The notes beneath the pieces were generated by a model. The model saw only the letters and a list, made by a program, of their open reading frames with translations. It searched no databases and was not told where the DNA came from. A stretch of 63,926 nt of DNA, the filler included, from Octopus bimaculoides (lineage: Eukaryota), in assembly GCF_001194135.2 (NCBI RefSeq). It is 4 parts of 3 records of this genome, joined end to end, with 100 filler letters (N's around TTAATTAATTAA, not from the genome) between each part and the next. Parts side by side here need not be neighbours in the genome. Positions count along the whole stretch, not along the records: positions 28,563 to 58,792 come from NC_068982.1; 3 more parts are not named here. One strand, 5' to 3'. A program made the translations under genes and the position numbers. Below, in pieces: positions 39,016-53,732 of the stretch. Positions within the stretch are counted from its first letter, which is position 1, and each line of letters opens with the position of its first letter.

Positions 39016-40096
39016 CTTTCTGTATTCCCGAGCCTTAAACTAATACATCCTTTTGTTGTTTACATCACCTGTACTCGTCTGTTGTTTTTTTTCGTACATC
39101 CTCCCATATATATATATATAAACACACACACACACATAAAAAAATGCTCAGAGAGCACCCGTCACACTCATGTATATATATTAATATTTGTTTTATTTTT
39201 GTTTATAATGAAAACGATTTTGCATAAATTGCAGTCTATATTTTGTAGAGCAGAAGTTTATTGTTTTTTTTAACAAGAATATCACTGAGAGTGACTTCGA
39301 AGTTCCAAACAGGTACCGTGGCCAAAACTTCAATGTCACTGTGTAATATTCTTTTTTCATAGTAATACGTACACACACATACCCAAGCACGCGCACACAC
39401 GCACGCACACGCACGCACACGCACGTACACACGCACACATTCACGCACATATTTCTTTTAGTTGTGTTACATCTACATATTCTATTGAATTACTGAATCT
39501 GGTCCCCATTGCAGAGTACATTCAACCGGACATTATAATGTGTTTCTATTCCATGGCATTCTATCATCAACCGTTTATATGTTTGTTTATTATACAATAA
39601 TATCTTTCTTAATATTTACCTTTCATTTATGGAAGGATAATGGAATTTCTTTTTGGAGCTGATGTCCAAACATAAATCATATTTTATGGAAAGCCTTTTC
39701 TTTCATTCTCATGATGACATAATTTTTACCGAATGGATTGCTTTCTTTCGGCATTATATGTTTGGAAGAAGCTATACTGGACTTTGAATACAAAAGAAAA
39801 ATCAATACAATTTGGTGGTTATTGTGTTAGACAATCTTAGAAGTTCTTGCTTATCCGGATGTTTCAATGCATCTTACAAATCTACAATACAATAAAAGTG
39901 CTTAGGATATTATATAGTGTACGCTTGAATATTTATACATATCTTCCTTATTTAGTCACGCATATAGTCTAGTCAAATGCACACACACCCACACACATAG
40001 ACACATACGCATATATCTATGTGTCTCTCTAACAAGGTGTACATAATAATATACATAGAAGCAAACAAACACACTCACACATAATACACACACATA

Positions 40097-40128
<32 letters not shown>

Positions 40129-42069
40129 NNNNNNNNNNNNNNNNNNNNNNNNNNNNNNNNNNNNNNNNNNNNNNNNNNNNNNNNNNNNNNNNNNNNNNNN
40201 NNNNNNNNNNNNNNNNNNNNNNNNNNNNNNNNNNNNNNNNNNNNNNNNNNNNNNNNNNNNNNATATATATTCATATATATATATATTCATATATATAATA
40301 TGTATAAGATATATGTATGTACTTTTCGTATATAGCTGCATATGTGTGTGAGTGTATATCACTTAGTATATATACACAATTTTGTGTAATCTTCTCATTG
40401 TATTCCTCTAAGTAAATCACTGAAAATATTTGATAATCTACCGCAATAGTTTGAAAGATAAATATCAGTATTATTGCCCTGGACTATCTGGTAGCCTCGT
40501 GGTATGGAAGTAATAAAACTTTAGAGAAGTAATTCGTCTTGTGTAATTGTATTTACTTGCATTCTAAATGGCAATATTATGAGATATGATTGAGTTATAC
40601 GATGCGAATTTCTTTTGCTTAAGATGAATATTCGTAACGTTTGATTCAGATTTTATTGACTTAAACGATTGTATATGCTTATGTTTTCAGACCTCTCCCA
40701 CATCGCGATAGTTTTCCAGATTCAGTATGAGAGCTAATCGATCAGATCTCATCATAGTTTTAGCTAATCACCAATGACGAAAATTAGGCTTTATCTGTCT
40801 CCATCTTATACTAATTGCGTTTGTTGTTTGCAAAGGAGAATGTTAACGGTAAAAATAATTTTTGGCGTACTTATTCTAAGCATATAAAGCTATATCATAT
40901 CTAAGCCCGCCATATAGTAAAGCAATGATTGGTAAGGACAATAAAATGTTGGGGTTGGACAGTAAAATTGAATTTCCTTGATTTAAGTGAATTCTTTTTC
41001 CGGTGACAGAAATTGGAATATCACAGAAATATATCTGGTTGAGGAATTATATTGTTTACTCTAAGGTAGATTGTTCCTTCTTTCCCCATCTTCTGTTGCT
41101 TGATTTCACCTTTTTTCTTGATAGTTCATCTTTCTCAATTTTAATTTTGCTTTTTATCTTCCTTCCTGTAAATATATATACTGATGATAAATTGTGCCAC
41201 TAAATCATTGAGTAACGTTTCCCTCATAAAATATATTTAATTGAATAAACAATAATATGGGGTTAAACTCAAGATCAATTGTTGGAGGAGAAATGCAATT
41301 ATAAATTAAAATTGTATTCAATGAGTAATATCGGAATTACAAATAGTTTACCTGAATTAAGAATGATGTCTATATAAAAATAATAAATTGACCGCTATTA
41401 CGTTACTGTAATTTTATATTTTCATAAAGAATTGGAGTAAATATATTTTTCATAAGAGCTAATTTTCTACAATGTCAAAGGTATATACATGAGGATAATT
41501 TACATAACTGTGTGTAAATCAGACATGAATACGTTTATAAATACAGCACAATACATTTACAATGTTTCTTCAAATTATATTGACATTTACTACTAAATGC
41601 AAGTTCCAGACAAGTTACATGCCCTCTACTTAATTTCGTAGATTCATAAAATTATAAATAATGTGCAACCTTTATGTAAAATGCAGACAATATTGTGGAT
41701 TTAAAAGACTCTTTTTGGTTGCGAGGAACATGTGTCTCTACCATAATTTTTGGATATTCCTTACAGAAAAAAAGATAGGAGTTATATTTTATGAACGAAG
41801 TGTATTAATTTCTTCCCTAGAATATTAGATTACATGACACATTATTGGGTCACCAAAAAGCTTTCGGGTATTTCAATTTCTTTTAAATCTACTTCAATTT
41901 CTTTTAATTATAATTAGATTATAAAATATAAGTATTATTTACGTTTAACTTCAATTGCAAATTTTTGCGAATATAACATGAGACACACACAAACAGATAC
42001 AATGTATAATGTGCTTTCGGGGAAAGTATATATTATTGTACGTGTGTGTATATATATATATATATATAT

Positions 42070-42133
<64 letters not shown>

Positions 42134-42153
42134 GTAATCACATGTACATATAC

Positions 42154-42203
<50 letters not shown>

Positions 42204-42517
42204 GTATATATAAATGTATATCTATATATAAATGTATATATATGTATATATATGTGTGTGCGTGTCTGTGTGTGCATACGTGTTTATCTGTATGTATGTA
42301 TGTATGTATGTACGTACGTACGTATGTATGAAATATTACGAGCATCTATACAATCTAATTACCTTTTGCGAAGCATATAATCTTATACAGAGCGACGTTT
42401 CTTTTGTAGCTCAGTAAGCCATAGATGCTATGTAGATTTTCACTCAGTGTTTACAGGCAGAGATGTTTGCGGGCGGTGAATACAGGAAAATTATGTCTTA
42501 CTTCTATTTATATTTCT

Positions 42518-42554
<37 letters not shown>

Positions 42555-43289
42555 GTGCGTGTGCGTGTCTGTATAAGAACTATTTAATATACAAATATGT
42601 CTATGTAAACAATGCAATCGAAGACAGAATGTTTGTATATAGATATTTCAGGTGTTGTTACTCCTTCTTGACCATCACATCCAACCCATTAATTATCCAC
42701 GAATATATTTCTTATGTACAATTGGATAGATAAATTTACATTTATAGATAAATTACATCTATAGATAAATTTACAAAAAACATATTTAGTTATTGAAAAC
42801 CTACTTTGGACCTAAAAACACTGCTGCTGCAGCAACCGCTGTTAGCGTGAAATAATGGAATCACAAAATTCATCACCATTTCATTCTTTGTGCTTTGAAT
42901 GGCTGTTATCAATTTCTAGTCCGTTTGTTTCGTTCTATTTTTTTTTTGTTTTGGCCGTAATGATTGTTTTGTGTATTTCTATTATATAAATGTTTACTGA
43001 TGAAAGCTGCGGTACATGTGGACTGTGTTCTACTGAAATACATCTCTCAATGAATTTGTTTGGCAAAATCTCAAACTAGGTCCTTACATTACCTTAGTAT
43101 CGTGTGGGGGTGTTGAAGCAGTTGGAGGTATAACTCCATAATATCAAAGTCTTTTCGAATGTGTGACTGGCATAGCGGATTGTCGAAGCAAGTGGAAGTA
43201 TAACGTATGAGTCATATTATCATAAGATATAACTGTCCAAATTAATTATACTCATGATTAACTGCATCGCACTAAAATTCATGATAAAT

Positions 43290-43720
43290 TTACCGGAATA
43301 TCCTATGTAATGTGTAGATTCTCATGTTCCGCTGGGTGCAGTTTAGGCAGTTAATTGAACCATTAAATTTAAATGTAACTGCAGCACTTCCCAAAATTTT
43401 TGTTGGAAGCTGTGTATGCTCTAAGCATCTCGCCAAATGCCATTCGTGAATCTTAGTTCTTCTGTACAGATGAGCTTTCATGAGAATATGGAGTATGCTT
43501 TGAATCGACATTTTCAAATGACAGCACATCAAAATGCAATGGACGCTTCTCTGTGCCGTTCCTTTCTCACGACTCGCTTGCTGCAAAGATTTTCCTGAAC
43601 TTTGGTAGTACGTTTGTGGAATCTAGTCTTTATTACTTTGTGAGTCTGCACAAAGGTACAGGTCTTCAGGAACATGATTTTGTAGACAATTTAACACTCC
43701 CATTCGCTTGAATCTCATCA
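43290..43720 (-). pseudogene. Decayed Tc1/mariner transposase (same broad group as 29930)
   Basis: SGKSLQQASREKGTAQRSVHCIL...EWHLARCLEHTQLPTKILGSAAVTFKFNGSINCLNC matches the SP.KS.RQASRE / EW.L / I.WSDEA.FKLNG.IN.HNC pattern. Confidence 0.8.
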
Positions 43721-43790
43721 CTAATTCGTGTGAGTGTGGTTCTGTCTGAATCGTTCTCCTGAACTCTGATAAAATATATATGTATACATA

Positions 43791-43967
43791 GGCGCAGAAG
43801 TGGCTGTATGGTAAGTAGCTTGGTTACAAAAAGATACCGATAGAATAAGTACTAGGCTCACAAAGAATAAGCTCTGGGGCTGATTTGCTCGACTATAAAG
43901 GCAGTGCTCCAGCATGGCTGCAGTCAAATAACTGAAACGAGTAAAAGAATAAAAGAGAGTAAAGAGT
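43791..43967 (+). mobile_element. S2 SINE with an internal deletion of about 245 bp
   Basis: Head GGCGCAGAAGTGGCTGTATGGTAAGTAGCTT is joined directly to the tail AAAAAGATACCGATAGAATAAGTAC. Confidence 0.85.
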
Positions 43968-44023
43968 ATATTTGTTGCGGCACGCATTATCACTCTCTTT
44001 GAATCTCTCTCTCTCTCTCTCTT

Positions 44024-44086
<63 letters not shown>

Positions 44087-44549
44087 GAGAGAGAGAGAGA
44101 GTGCGCGTGTGTGTGAGTGTATGTGTGCGTGCGTATGCGAACTTCCCTGTTGTTTGAAATATAAAGCTATCTCCATTCCTCTCTCTATCCCTGGTAGTAA
44201 AATGACTGCACTAATCATTTTCAACACTGTTTCTAATACAGGTTTATTGTATGGTAGTTCAGAAACATTTGTCCTTCATAGCTTTGATATTCTGCTACGA
44301 CTTACACCTGAACAGACTTAATATTCTTCTTAATATTGTATCACACGGTCATTTTTGATTTGTTTATTTGATTTTGCATGTATTGTTTTATTTTATGTAT
44401 GATAATTGATCATTGACACGTTCCGCTTTCTGGCTCTCCACGTCCTCATATCTCTGGTGCTCGATATTCCTTGGTAGTTATGTTCATTACATTCATTTCT
44501 CTTCGTCGTTTCTTCTGCAAACACACACACACACGCACGTACGCACGCA

Positions 44550-44596
<47 letters not shown>

Positions 44597-44859
44597 ACAC
44601 ACGCACACGCACACACACACATCCATTTATGTACACTAATCCATCGCCATATCGAGGCTCACTTAACGCGGTTTATTATTTAAGTTTACAGCGATTCCTC
44701 CGTGGTGTTATTATGCATTTATAATAAAATAGATATATAAAATGAACTTACAGTATTGTTTCTACTTCGCAGATTTTCACATATCGCGAGGGGTTTTGGA
44801 ACGTTACACCCGCGATAATCGAAATATTACTGTGTGTGTATATATATATATACAGATAG

Positions 44860-44915
<56 letters not shown>

Positions 44916-47900
44916 GGGGAGATTTATATTCACTGATCCGTACACAGTAATGTAAAGAGAGAAAAGCAGAATACAGTTATAGAGAAAGACAGAAGAGATA
45001 AAGGTTGGAGAGAGGACCTGCAAATGAAGGGAAAATAATTAAACAGAAACGTAAAACGTTAGGACTTCAAACAATAGTAAATGGAAGTATGCGTTAGGTG
45101 CATATTAACTAATTTTCGCGTATTATAATTTATGCGTGGTTTTCAGTCACACTATTTAATGAATTCACTGAAAAGAACAACGTTGTGAGCTTCTCCAAAG
45201 AAGCTCCGTTCAACGTATTATAAATTATTAATGATTATGCAAAAATTAAAACTGGACTTTATCTGTTTACAAAAACAGAATATTAACTTTAGCGGGAGAG
45301 AACATCTTGTTTGCAGTGTATGATACGAGGATTAGTAATATTTGGGTGAATTAATTGACTTGAAATACTCACGGATACATGCAGCAGGCATTGCATGTTT
45401 GATCTGAATATTAATTGCTTTGTCTGTTGATTACATTTAACATTTGATGCTGGGAGCTCGGCGTCTAGAGTGGGAAGCAACTGCATTATGCAAATTTACA
45501 CTTTGCAACGTTGGAAGCTCAAATTCCGCCAAGCCATATTTGATTGTTTTCCATTCACTGTTGTACAAGTATTACCTTATGTACAATGGGCTAGAAGATT
45601 AAGATTATATCTGTAACAATGAATATTTGATGTAACTGGAGTGTCTACATGTGTACTTGGTCTATAAATATCATCCTTATCAACCTCAAACACACTCTGC
45701 TTTTTGTAAAATTAGTGAACATATCAAATAATGTAGATCTAGGTGGACTATCCTTCAAATTATGAAAGGGTGACAGTAACATTTTATTAGTTATTCATGT
45801 ATATGGTCGGCATGCTTGTAACAGAATGCACTCTGCTAAAGGTACTTATGGCATTAGTGGGTGATATCAAACCTGGTCCGAGTGTAGTTGTACCATATAA
45901 TCAGGCTACAGTGGTAGTTGAACGCAGAATAGACAGGAGATTAATGACTACTGCAAGACTCCTCTTTTGATATTCTAAATATTCCGCCAATATAACGTCC
46001 TCGATCTGTTTATCTTCATTACAAATACTGCAACCTATTCTAGCAGATGCTCCGGTAAATGTGATATTTCGTCACATTAAATATCGATTTCAGTACATGC
46101 CTACACGACGTGGACCTATTATTTATAGTCCATTGATCTTCAGATTTGTGTATATATATATATATNNNNNNNNNNNNNNNNNNNNNNNNNNNNNNNNNNN
46201 NNNNNNNNNNNNNNNNNNNNNNNNNNNNNNNNNNNNNNNNNNNNNNNNNNNNNNNNNNNNNNNNNNNNNNNNNNNNNNNNNNNNNNNNNNNNNNNNNNNN
46301 NNNNNNNNNNNNNNNNNNNNNNNNNNNNNNNNNNNNNNNNNNNNNNNNNNNNNNNNNNNNNNNNNNNNNNNNNNNNNNNNNNNNNNNNNNNNNNNNNNNN
46401 NNNNNNNNNNNNNNNNNNNNNNNNNNNNNNNNNNNNNNNNNNNNNNNNNNNNNNNNNNNNNNNNNNNNNNNNNNNNNNNNNNNNNNNNNNNNNNNNNNNN
46501 NNNNNNNNNNNNNNNNNNNNNNNNNNNNNNNNNNNNNNNNNNNNNNNNNNNNNNNNNNNNNNNNNNNNNNNNNNNNNNNNNNNNNNNNNNNNNNNNNNNN
46601 NNNNNNNNNNNNNNNNNNNNNNNNNNNNNNNNNNNNNNNNNNNNNNNNNNNNNNNNNNNNNNNNNNNNNNNNNNNNNNNNNNNNNNNNNNNNNNNNNNNN
46701 NNNNNNNNNNNNNNNNNNNNNNNNNNNNNNNNNNNNNNNNNNNNNNNNNNNNNNNNNNNNNNNNNNNNNNNNNNNNNNNNNNNNNNNNNNNNNNNNNNNN
46801 NNNNNNNNNNNNNNNNNNNNNNNNNNNNNNNNNNNNNNNNNNNNNNNNNNNNNNNNNNNNNNNNNNNNNNNNNNNNNNNNNNNNNNNNNNNNNNNNNNNN
46901 NNNNNNNNNNNNNNNNNNNNNNNNNNNNNNNNNNNNNNNNNNNNNNNNNNNNNNNNNNNNNNNNNNNNNNNNNNNNNNNNNNNNNNNNNNNNNNNNNNNN
47001 NNNNNNNNNNNNNNTATATATATATATATATATATATTGACAGAGAGACTGAGAGACAGAGACAGAGAGAGAAAATCGTATATAGATAAATTGATTGATA
47101 CATGCATACTTAGAAAATACATACATACATACATATACATGGATGTAGGTATATAATATATTAAAACACCGAAATGTTATTTGTACCTCTATTTAAAGCA
47201 CATGGATGGATTGTTGTGCATATCGATACTACTCCATTGCCCTCAGCTTCTATGTTAACTAATATTTGTTTCGCTGAATAAATAGGCACAAATAACCTTT
47301 ATCAGGATGCAAAATGGGCTCTCGATGAAAATGAGTATGCAAACATCATCTGAAAGTGAGTAATGTTATTTATTACTTGTAACCTAACCGTATAGTGATT
47401 ATTTTTATTGACGGTGTGGTGCCATAAAATCGATATCAACTTAATCATCCTTAGTGTATCAATAATGATTTTATTATCTAACATCAGATCACTAAAGCAA
47501 TGTGAATCCCGATATGAGGAGTGCTACTCTAATGAAATTGACATACTGCTTACATCTGTCGCTAGTTTCTTCCGAAGTTATCGCATTTGTATGGCAGACG
47601 AAATCAATATGCTATAATAGTTCTCATATGCGATGGGTTTTATAAATGTCTATGAATTCACTTCGTGTCAATTTAATAACATCTCCAAAATGTAAAATTA
47701 AAACTTGTTTCCTTGCATTGATATTTGTAATAGTTCGATGCTATTAATATATAAAGCTGTAATTAAGTAAATTAAAAACATAGTAGCTTTGTGGAAATAA
47801 ACGCACACTATTATTAGCAATACTTGAAAATACTTCGATATGAAAGTTGTGCTCATGAAAGATTAATTTCAATTATGATAACGATGATTTAATACATTGA

Positions 47901-48149
47901 TCAGAAGATCTCATGTATGAACGTGTGATACAAAAGAGTTACCGAAGTTTTAATGATGTACATGTATCTACATGTAAAAACGGTTAAAATTGTGGACAAG
48001 TTAAAAGTAGAAATAAACATAACACACACATTGATGAGAGGGAAACTTCTATTTATGCACGGACAGGATTCCGGATAATTCTATTCACCCTCCTCTTATA
48101 CTTTAAAACAGAGCACATACACGAGTTTTACCTATTTAGTAAAGCCGGG

Positions 48150-50110
48150 GAAAGTTCTCAGTTATCTCTGCTGTAATGACTTAACGCTCGATGAACCCCT
48201 GAATTCGTCGTCAACAAAATTGTTAATGTAGCGACGTATCTTTCTTGACCGCATCTCTTCTCGCCTTGGATTTCTGGTTAGAATAATTGTAACACCAGTT
48301 TATTTAGATGGGACAACGACATAACTTTTCATTTGAATTCTATTGTCTAATGACTGACAATCGTGTCACCTAGTTTTCCGCCTCTTTTTGGAGAGTGTTT
48401 CCAGTCCCTTTCTTGTTTTTTATATTTTCTTATTCTAAGAAGTAGACGATTTTGCTGATGCTACAACTAACTGATTTTACCCAATTCAGACTTGGAGGAA
48501 GTACAATTTGCTCCTAGGTCATATTCAGCCTTTGGTGCGGTTGTTGTAGAGGAAGTTTCGCATTATTCTACTTCTTATATGGTACTCTGCCAAAGATGTT
48601 AGCCACAAGCATTCTTTTCTCCTCAAGATTTTGATACCATTATTACTATTAAAACTTCAGCCGCTTTTGTAGATCTGTTTATTAAATCTAACGTTTGTCA
48701 CCTTGTCTGTAAGACAGGCTTAGGTGATATTTAATAATGCAGGTTTCAAATGTAGGCTACCCTCCTTGACGGACAACGTTAACTAATTTACTCTTCTATC
48801 CTTTCTGTAGGATAGACTTTTCACCATCGGTGTGCCAGAACCTGATAGTTCTAGGCCAAGACTGCAAACTGCATAATGCATATCACCTCCGGGACGCTAA
48901 CATACTATTGCACAATTATAACGACAAGCCAACAATCTGTTCCCTTGCTAATATCTCCGGTGGGAATCTTTGAATTCCAGGGGTTAATCTCACTAAGCGG
49001 ATCAAATAAAATCAATTAAAATATGTTCACGGATTCCCGGTCGTAATTCTCAGATAAAAATTGCTATTAATTTTAATCGGATAGTTATTCTATCTCTTTC
49101 ACTCGTTCATTTATATAATTGTCTTCGTTGCTTTTGAATTAATGAGAGGAATGGTTTTTTTAATGAGAAAAATAATTTTCATCCTGAGTATGAAAGAATA
49201 TAGATTGTCATGTACACATAGACTTGTTCTTTTTCTGAGTTTTGCTCTACCGGTTTCCAAACATAATTAGAGTTTCCAGTATCGATGTAAGGGATGTTCT
49301 CTTTGGTTCCACAGCATCTGTGTCTCTAAAACGCTTCAGAGTGTGTTACACACAGACAAGACTTTTGGTGAAGCAGCTTTGGAGGGGCATTGCTATTTTC
49401 TTCGGTTGTGTATAAGCTTTAAGTTATGTTTTCTTGCTTATCTATGTCCTTGTTTTGAGCAACGACTAACGCGCAATGACAAAAGTTATCTTATACTGAC
49501 TGGAAGGAGAATGCCACATAAAAGTGAATGTTAGACTGTAAAAATTAATCGTGAGAGGAACTCATTGGATGTTAAGTTTCCTGCCTTGTGCGTGGATCAA
49601 GTTGTGATCGTTAATTTCAAGACATATGTTTAAAACTTTAAAACCTAATTATTGGGGATGGTGCTTCTACAACTGACGCCATATAGATAGACGCAGATGC
49701 AGCATAGGAAACTAAATCGGAATGGATAAAAAATATGTCATATTACGAACCGAATTTCTATCCCTCTGCTCCAGAATTAGACTTGAGCAAATGTCCTTAC
49801 CATACTCCAACGTTTCAGGATATGATAGAGGAGTTATATGAAATATGCATCGGTGTACCAGAACCTGATAGTTCTAGGCCAAGACAGCAGACTGCATAAT
49901 GCATATCACCTCCGGGATGCTAACATATTATTGCACAATTATAACGACAAGCCAACAATCTGTTCCCTTGGTAATATCTCCGGTGGAAATCTTTGTATTC
50001 CAGGGGATACAGTACAGATAAAAACCGTATGGACGCGCGTCTATCATATCTGTAAATGTAGAACTAATCGTCTTTGTTACGCACGTTTTCAAGCAGCCTG
50101 GGCATGATTA
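48150..50110 (-). pseudogene. Probable heavily decayed RTE-like reverse-transcriptase relic split by an 864-bp segment
   Basis: Weak, broken-frame similarities only: RLLENVRNK, YNCAIIC*HPGGD (cf. LY...V.SPDGDT), NVVRQG, RYINNFVDD. 159-bp direct repeats at 48825-48983 and 49848-50006. Confidence 0.35.
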
Positions 50111-51133
50111 TATCGAAGATGCAAGAGTTTCAGCAGTGTTTAATCTCTGATAATATACTACTGCCAGGATTATGTTTCAATGCCTATCGTTTTTATCAGA
50201 CCATACATAATTCAGGGAAAAGTTAATAAGAAAAGGAACTTAGCATATAAAGTACTATACACTATATCTGTGATATAGAGTGGGTAAAAAGAACAAAAAA
50301 CAATATGAGCTTCCCTCAGCAGTTGATAGTTCGCAGCCAGGATGTCGATTCGTCTACAGTTAAAACACAAATGAAAATTTGAATTTAAAGTTATATGTCT
50401 GCTCTATTGTTAAAAGGATTAACCCTGAACTGATCTTTGTTAACTTGTAGTGTCCAATAATCATTCTTATGCGTTATTCTACTGTTCCTATCGAGAAATC
50501 GGTAGAAATTATCACCATCCAGACAAAAAACCCCAGATATATGACATAATCAGTTAATACGTAATAACTATGCCAGAAAGTATATGAGGTTTCTCTTTTT
50601 GCGTCACATTTAATGCGTATGTATGTGTATGTATTATATAGTTTAGAAACTAGTCGTATATGTGTACCTTCTGAATATAGCAGAGCAACAGCCCTTTAAT
50701 TACAACTCAGTATTAAATTAAAAAAAGTAAATGTCAGAAATAACGTCTCTGATATGCTAAAGTAAGAAAAAAAGAAACAATTTAGCCATTCTCCGAATCT
50801 GTTTGTTCTCCGGCAAACTATATTAGAGCTGATCACGTGCTAAACACTATTAACAACAGAACTATAAGCAGAAACCAATTACAAGAAGAGCTAACTTATT
50901 TTTAAAAGTTACAGCAGTCAGTTGGAGAAACCTATGTACATAAAAGAGAATAATTATATTATTTTTACATTCACCATTATTGCATGATGGATATCATTCG
51001 AGAGAAGAAATAAATTACCATACTAATAAGTACGTTGAAATAATTACTATTTCAAATGACTATATGGTTAAAGTGCGCAATGTTTTCAATAAATAAAACG
51101 TTTCCTATTTTCTCCTATTTACACACGCACACA

Positions 51134-51178
<45 letters not shown>

Positions 51179-51732
51179 ACACACACACACACACACAAAC
51201 ACATATATGTTCTTCCCATTTTAACATGGTTGAAATGTAAGTGTTTCAATGCATGTTGTTCGTATATGTAATTACATTACAACAAAAAACGTCAGAACTA
51301 TTCTGACACTTAAACGAATTATTTCTGTTATTTGTTCTTGCACTTTACTTTCTGTGTTCAAATTCTACGTTTGTCAGCTTTGCCTTTTAAGGCGATACTT
51401 TACACTATGACGCCAGTAAGGAGGTCGATTTAATCGAGTAACACATGCACCGGAAATCCCTCGCTTTGTGCCCACGTTAAAAAGGATTATAATTTGTTAA
51501 GTTTATTTCTACAGATAGTCTATAGAAATTACAGCCAGCCCAGACTTTTACTATTACGCTTTGCATACTAGACGTCAGATGTAAACCATCAATGAGATCG
51601 AAAGTGAAAAAATGGGTAATTGGCGTATATGCCATATTTCGAGGTGTTTTGCATCTTCATCAACACCCATCTAACCCATTAATCATCCTCGAACACATTG
51701 TTTAAATCTATCTATCTACCTATCTATCTATA

Positions 51733-51785
<53 letters not shown>

Positions 51786-53502
51786 NNNNNNNNNNNNNNN
51801 NNNNNNNNNNNNNNNNNNNNNNNNNNNNNNNNNNNNNNNNNNNNNNNNNNNNNNNNNNNNNNNNNNNNNNNNNNNNNNNNNNNNNNNNNNNNNNNNNNNN
51901 NNNNNNNNNNNNNNNNNNNNNNNNNNNNNNNNNNNNNNNNNNNNNNNNNNNNNNNNNNNNNNNNNNNNNNNNNNNNNNNNNNNNNNNNNNNNNNNNNNNN
52001 NNNNNNNNNNNNNNNNNNNNNNNNNNNNNNNNNNNNNNNNNNNNNNNNNNNNNNNNNNNNNNNNNNNNNNNNNNNNNNNNNNNNNNNNNNNNNNNNNNNN
52101 NNNNNNNNNNNNNNNNNNNNNNNNNNNNNNNNNNNNNNNNNNNNNNNNNNNNNNNNNNNNNNNNNNNNNNNNNNNNNNNNNNNNNNNNNNNNNNNNNNNN
52201 NNNNNNNNNNNNNNNNNNNNNNNNNNNNNNNNNNNNNNNNNNNNNNNNNNNNATATATATATATGTTGTAAATAGTTTAGTATGCCTATATACTGTTGTA
52301 GTTTTATTTTTATTTTTAATGCAGCGTAAATTTTATTTAATTTTAATGTGTTAATTCGAATATAATTAATTATTTACAATATGTATTTTGAACCCATTTT
52401 TCAATATAAGGTTTTCTTCGATTGATACGATGATTCAGGCCATCAATGAAACTATACAAATTTGTAAAACTTACCCTAAATGTATCATATAAATTTATAT
52501 TCGTATGTCTAGACATGCAACTATATGCATGAGAATAGATACTTTAAACAAAACAGAAGTCTACACATGGAATGACTTCAGATATTGCTGATATACACAT
52601 ATAGATGCATAATTTGCCTGTTGATGTCGTTGAAATTCCCAGGAAGGAGCTTTGGCTCTAGATTAGAAACCGCATCTTTTCTTTATTCACAGGAACATTT
52701 TTAAATACAAATTAATAATTACATACACATACACACGCACATAAACACACGCAGGCACACACACACACATACACACACACACACACACGCACACACACAC
52801 ACACACACACACAAAACTAGTCACGCTCTTCCTGAATGTGTCAAGAATATTTTAAAATAACGGTCACATCATCAATTCATTACTTTGTTACGTTATATGA
52901 CATTGTGCTTAAGACATTTTCCAATAATAAAAAAAAAGGGAAAAACAAAATAAAACTTTCGACACACATATATATATATGCCGCTATATAAAAGAAGATT
53001 TGTAGCAGTCTAGCAAAATAATGATCAAAGATATAGGTAAATATATTGAACGTATTTATTTATTCAATTATTTCTTCGTATTTCCAATTTAAAGAACTGA
53101 AACATACTTTAACTGAAAGCAAAATAAATTATGTAACAAGTTTATATTTAGTATTGTAGCTATTATATTTTCATTAATTACATTTTATTAATTTTGCTTT
53201 AAAAAGATTTCAGGTTTTAAGAAATATTGATTTATTCATATGCTCTTATCTTATTAGCATCCAGCTTTTACGTATGTACATATGTGTGTCATTTTACAAG
53301 ATTAAGATATATAGGTTGCTATAATATTGTATAAGAATAATTAATTTCATTTTTATACATTTTATTGAATGTTTTTACAGGACAAGATTTCAAACACGAA
53401 TATTTTCGTGTATATATATCAATAGATAGATATATGTGTGTATATATACATATACAGTTCTATATTTAAGAGATGAGGAATTATGTACTTTATTTACATT
53501 TA

Positions 53503-53732
53503 AGGATATTTGTCCTCAACTTGTTTGTTGCTAACAAAACGTTTCAGCTGATATACCCTCCAGCCTTCATCAGATGTCTTGGGGAAATTTCGAACCTTGG
53601 TTCTCATTCCTATGGTATTTTTAGATATTATTATTATTATTATTATAGTTATTAGTCAGGTCACTGCCTGCAATCGAACTCGGAATCTTGAGGTTAGTAG
53701 CGCGCGCTCTTAACCACTACGCCATATACCCG
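53503..53732 (-). mobile_element. S5 SINE (tRNA-like head, (TAA)n, hammerhead-type tail)
   Basis: Head TGGCGTAGTGGTTAAGAGC...GAGTTCGATT; tail homologous to 22720-22851; hammerhead motif at 53533-53578. Confidence 0.88.

Noticed and set aside
42997-43038. CTGATGA...GAAA with long stem II
   Set aside because: Stem II is imperfect and stems I and III do not form; at most a very old remnant.
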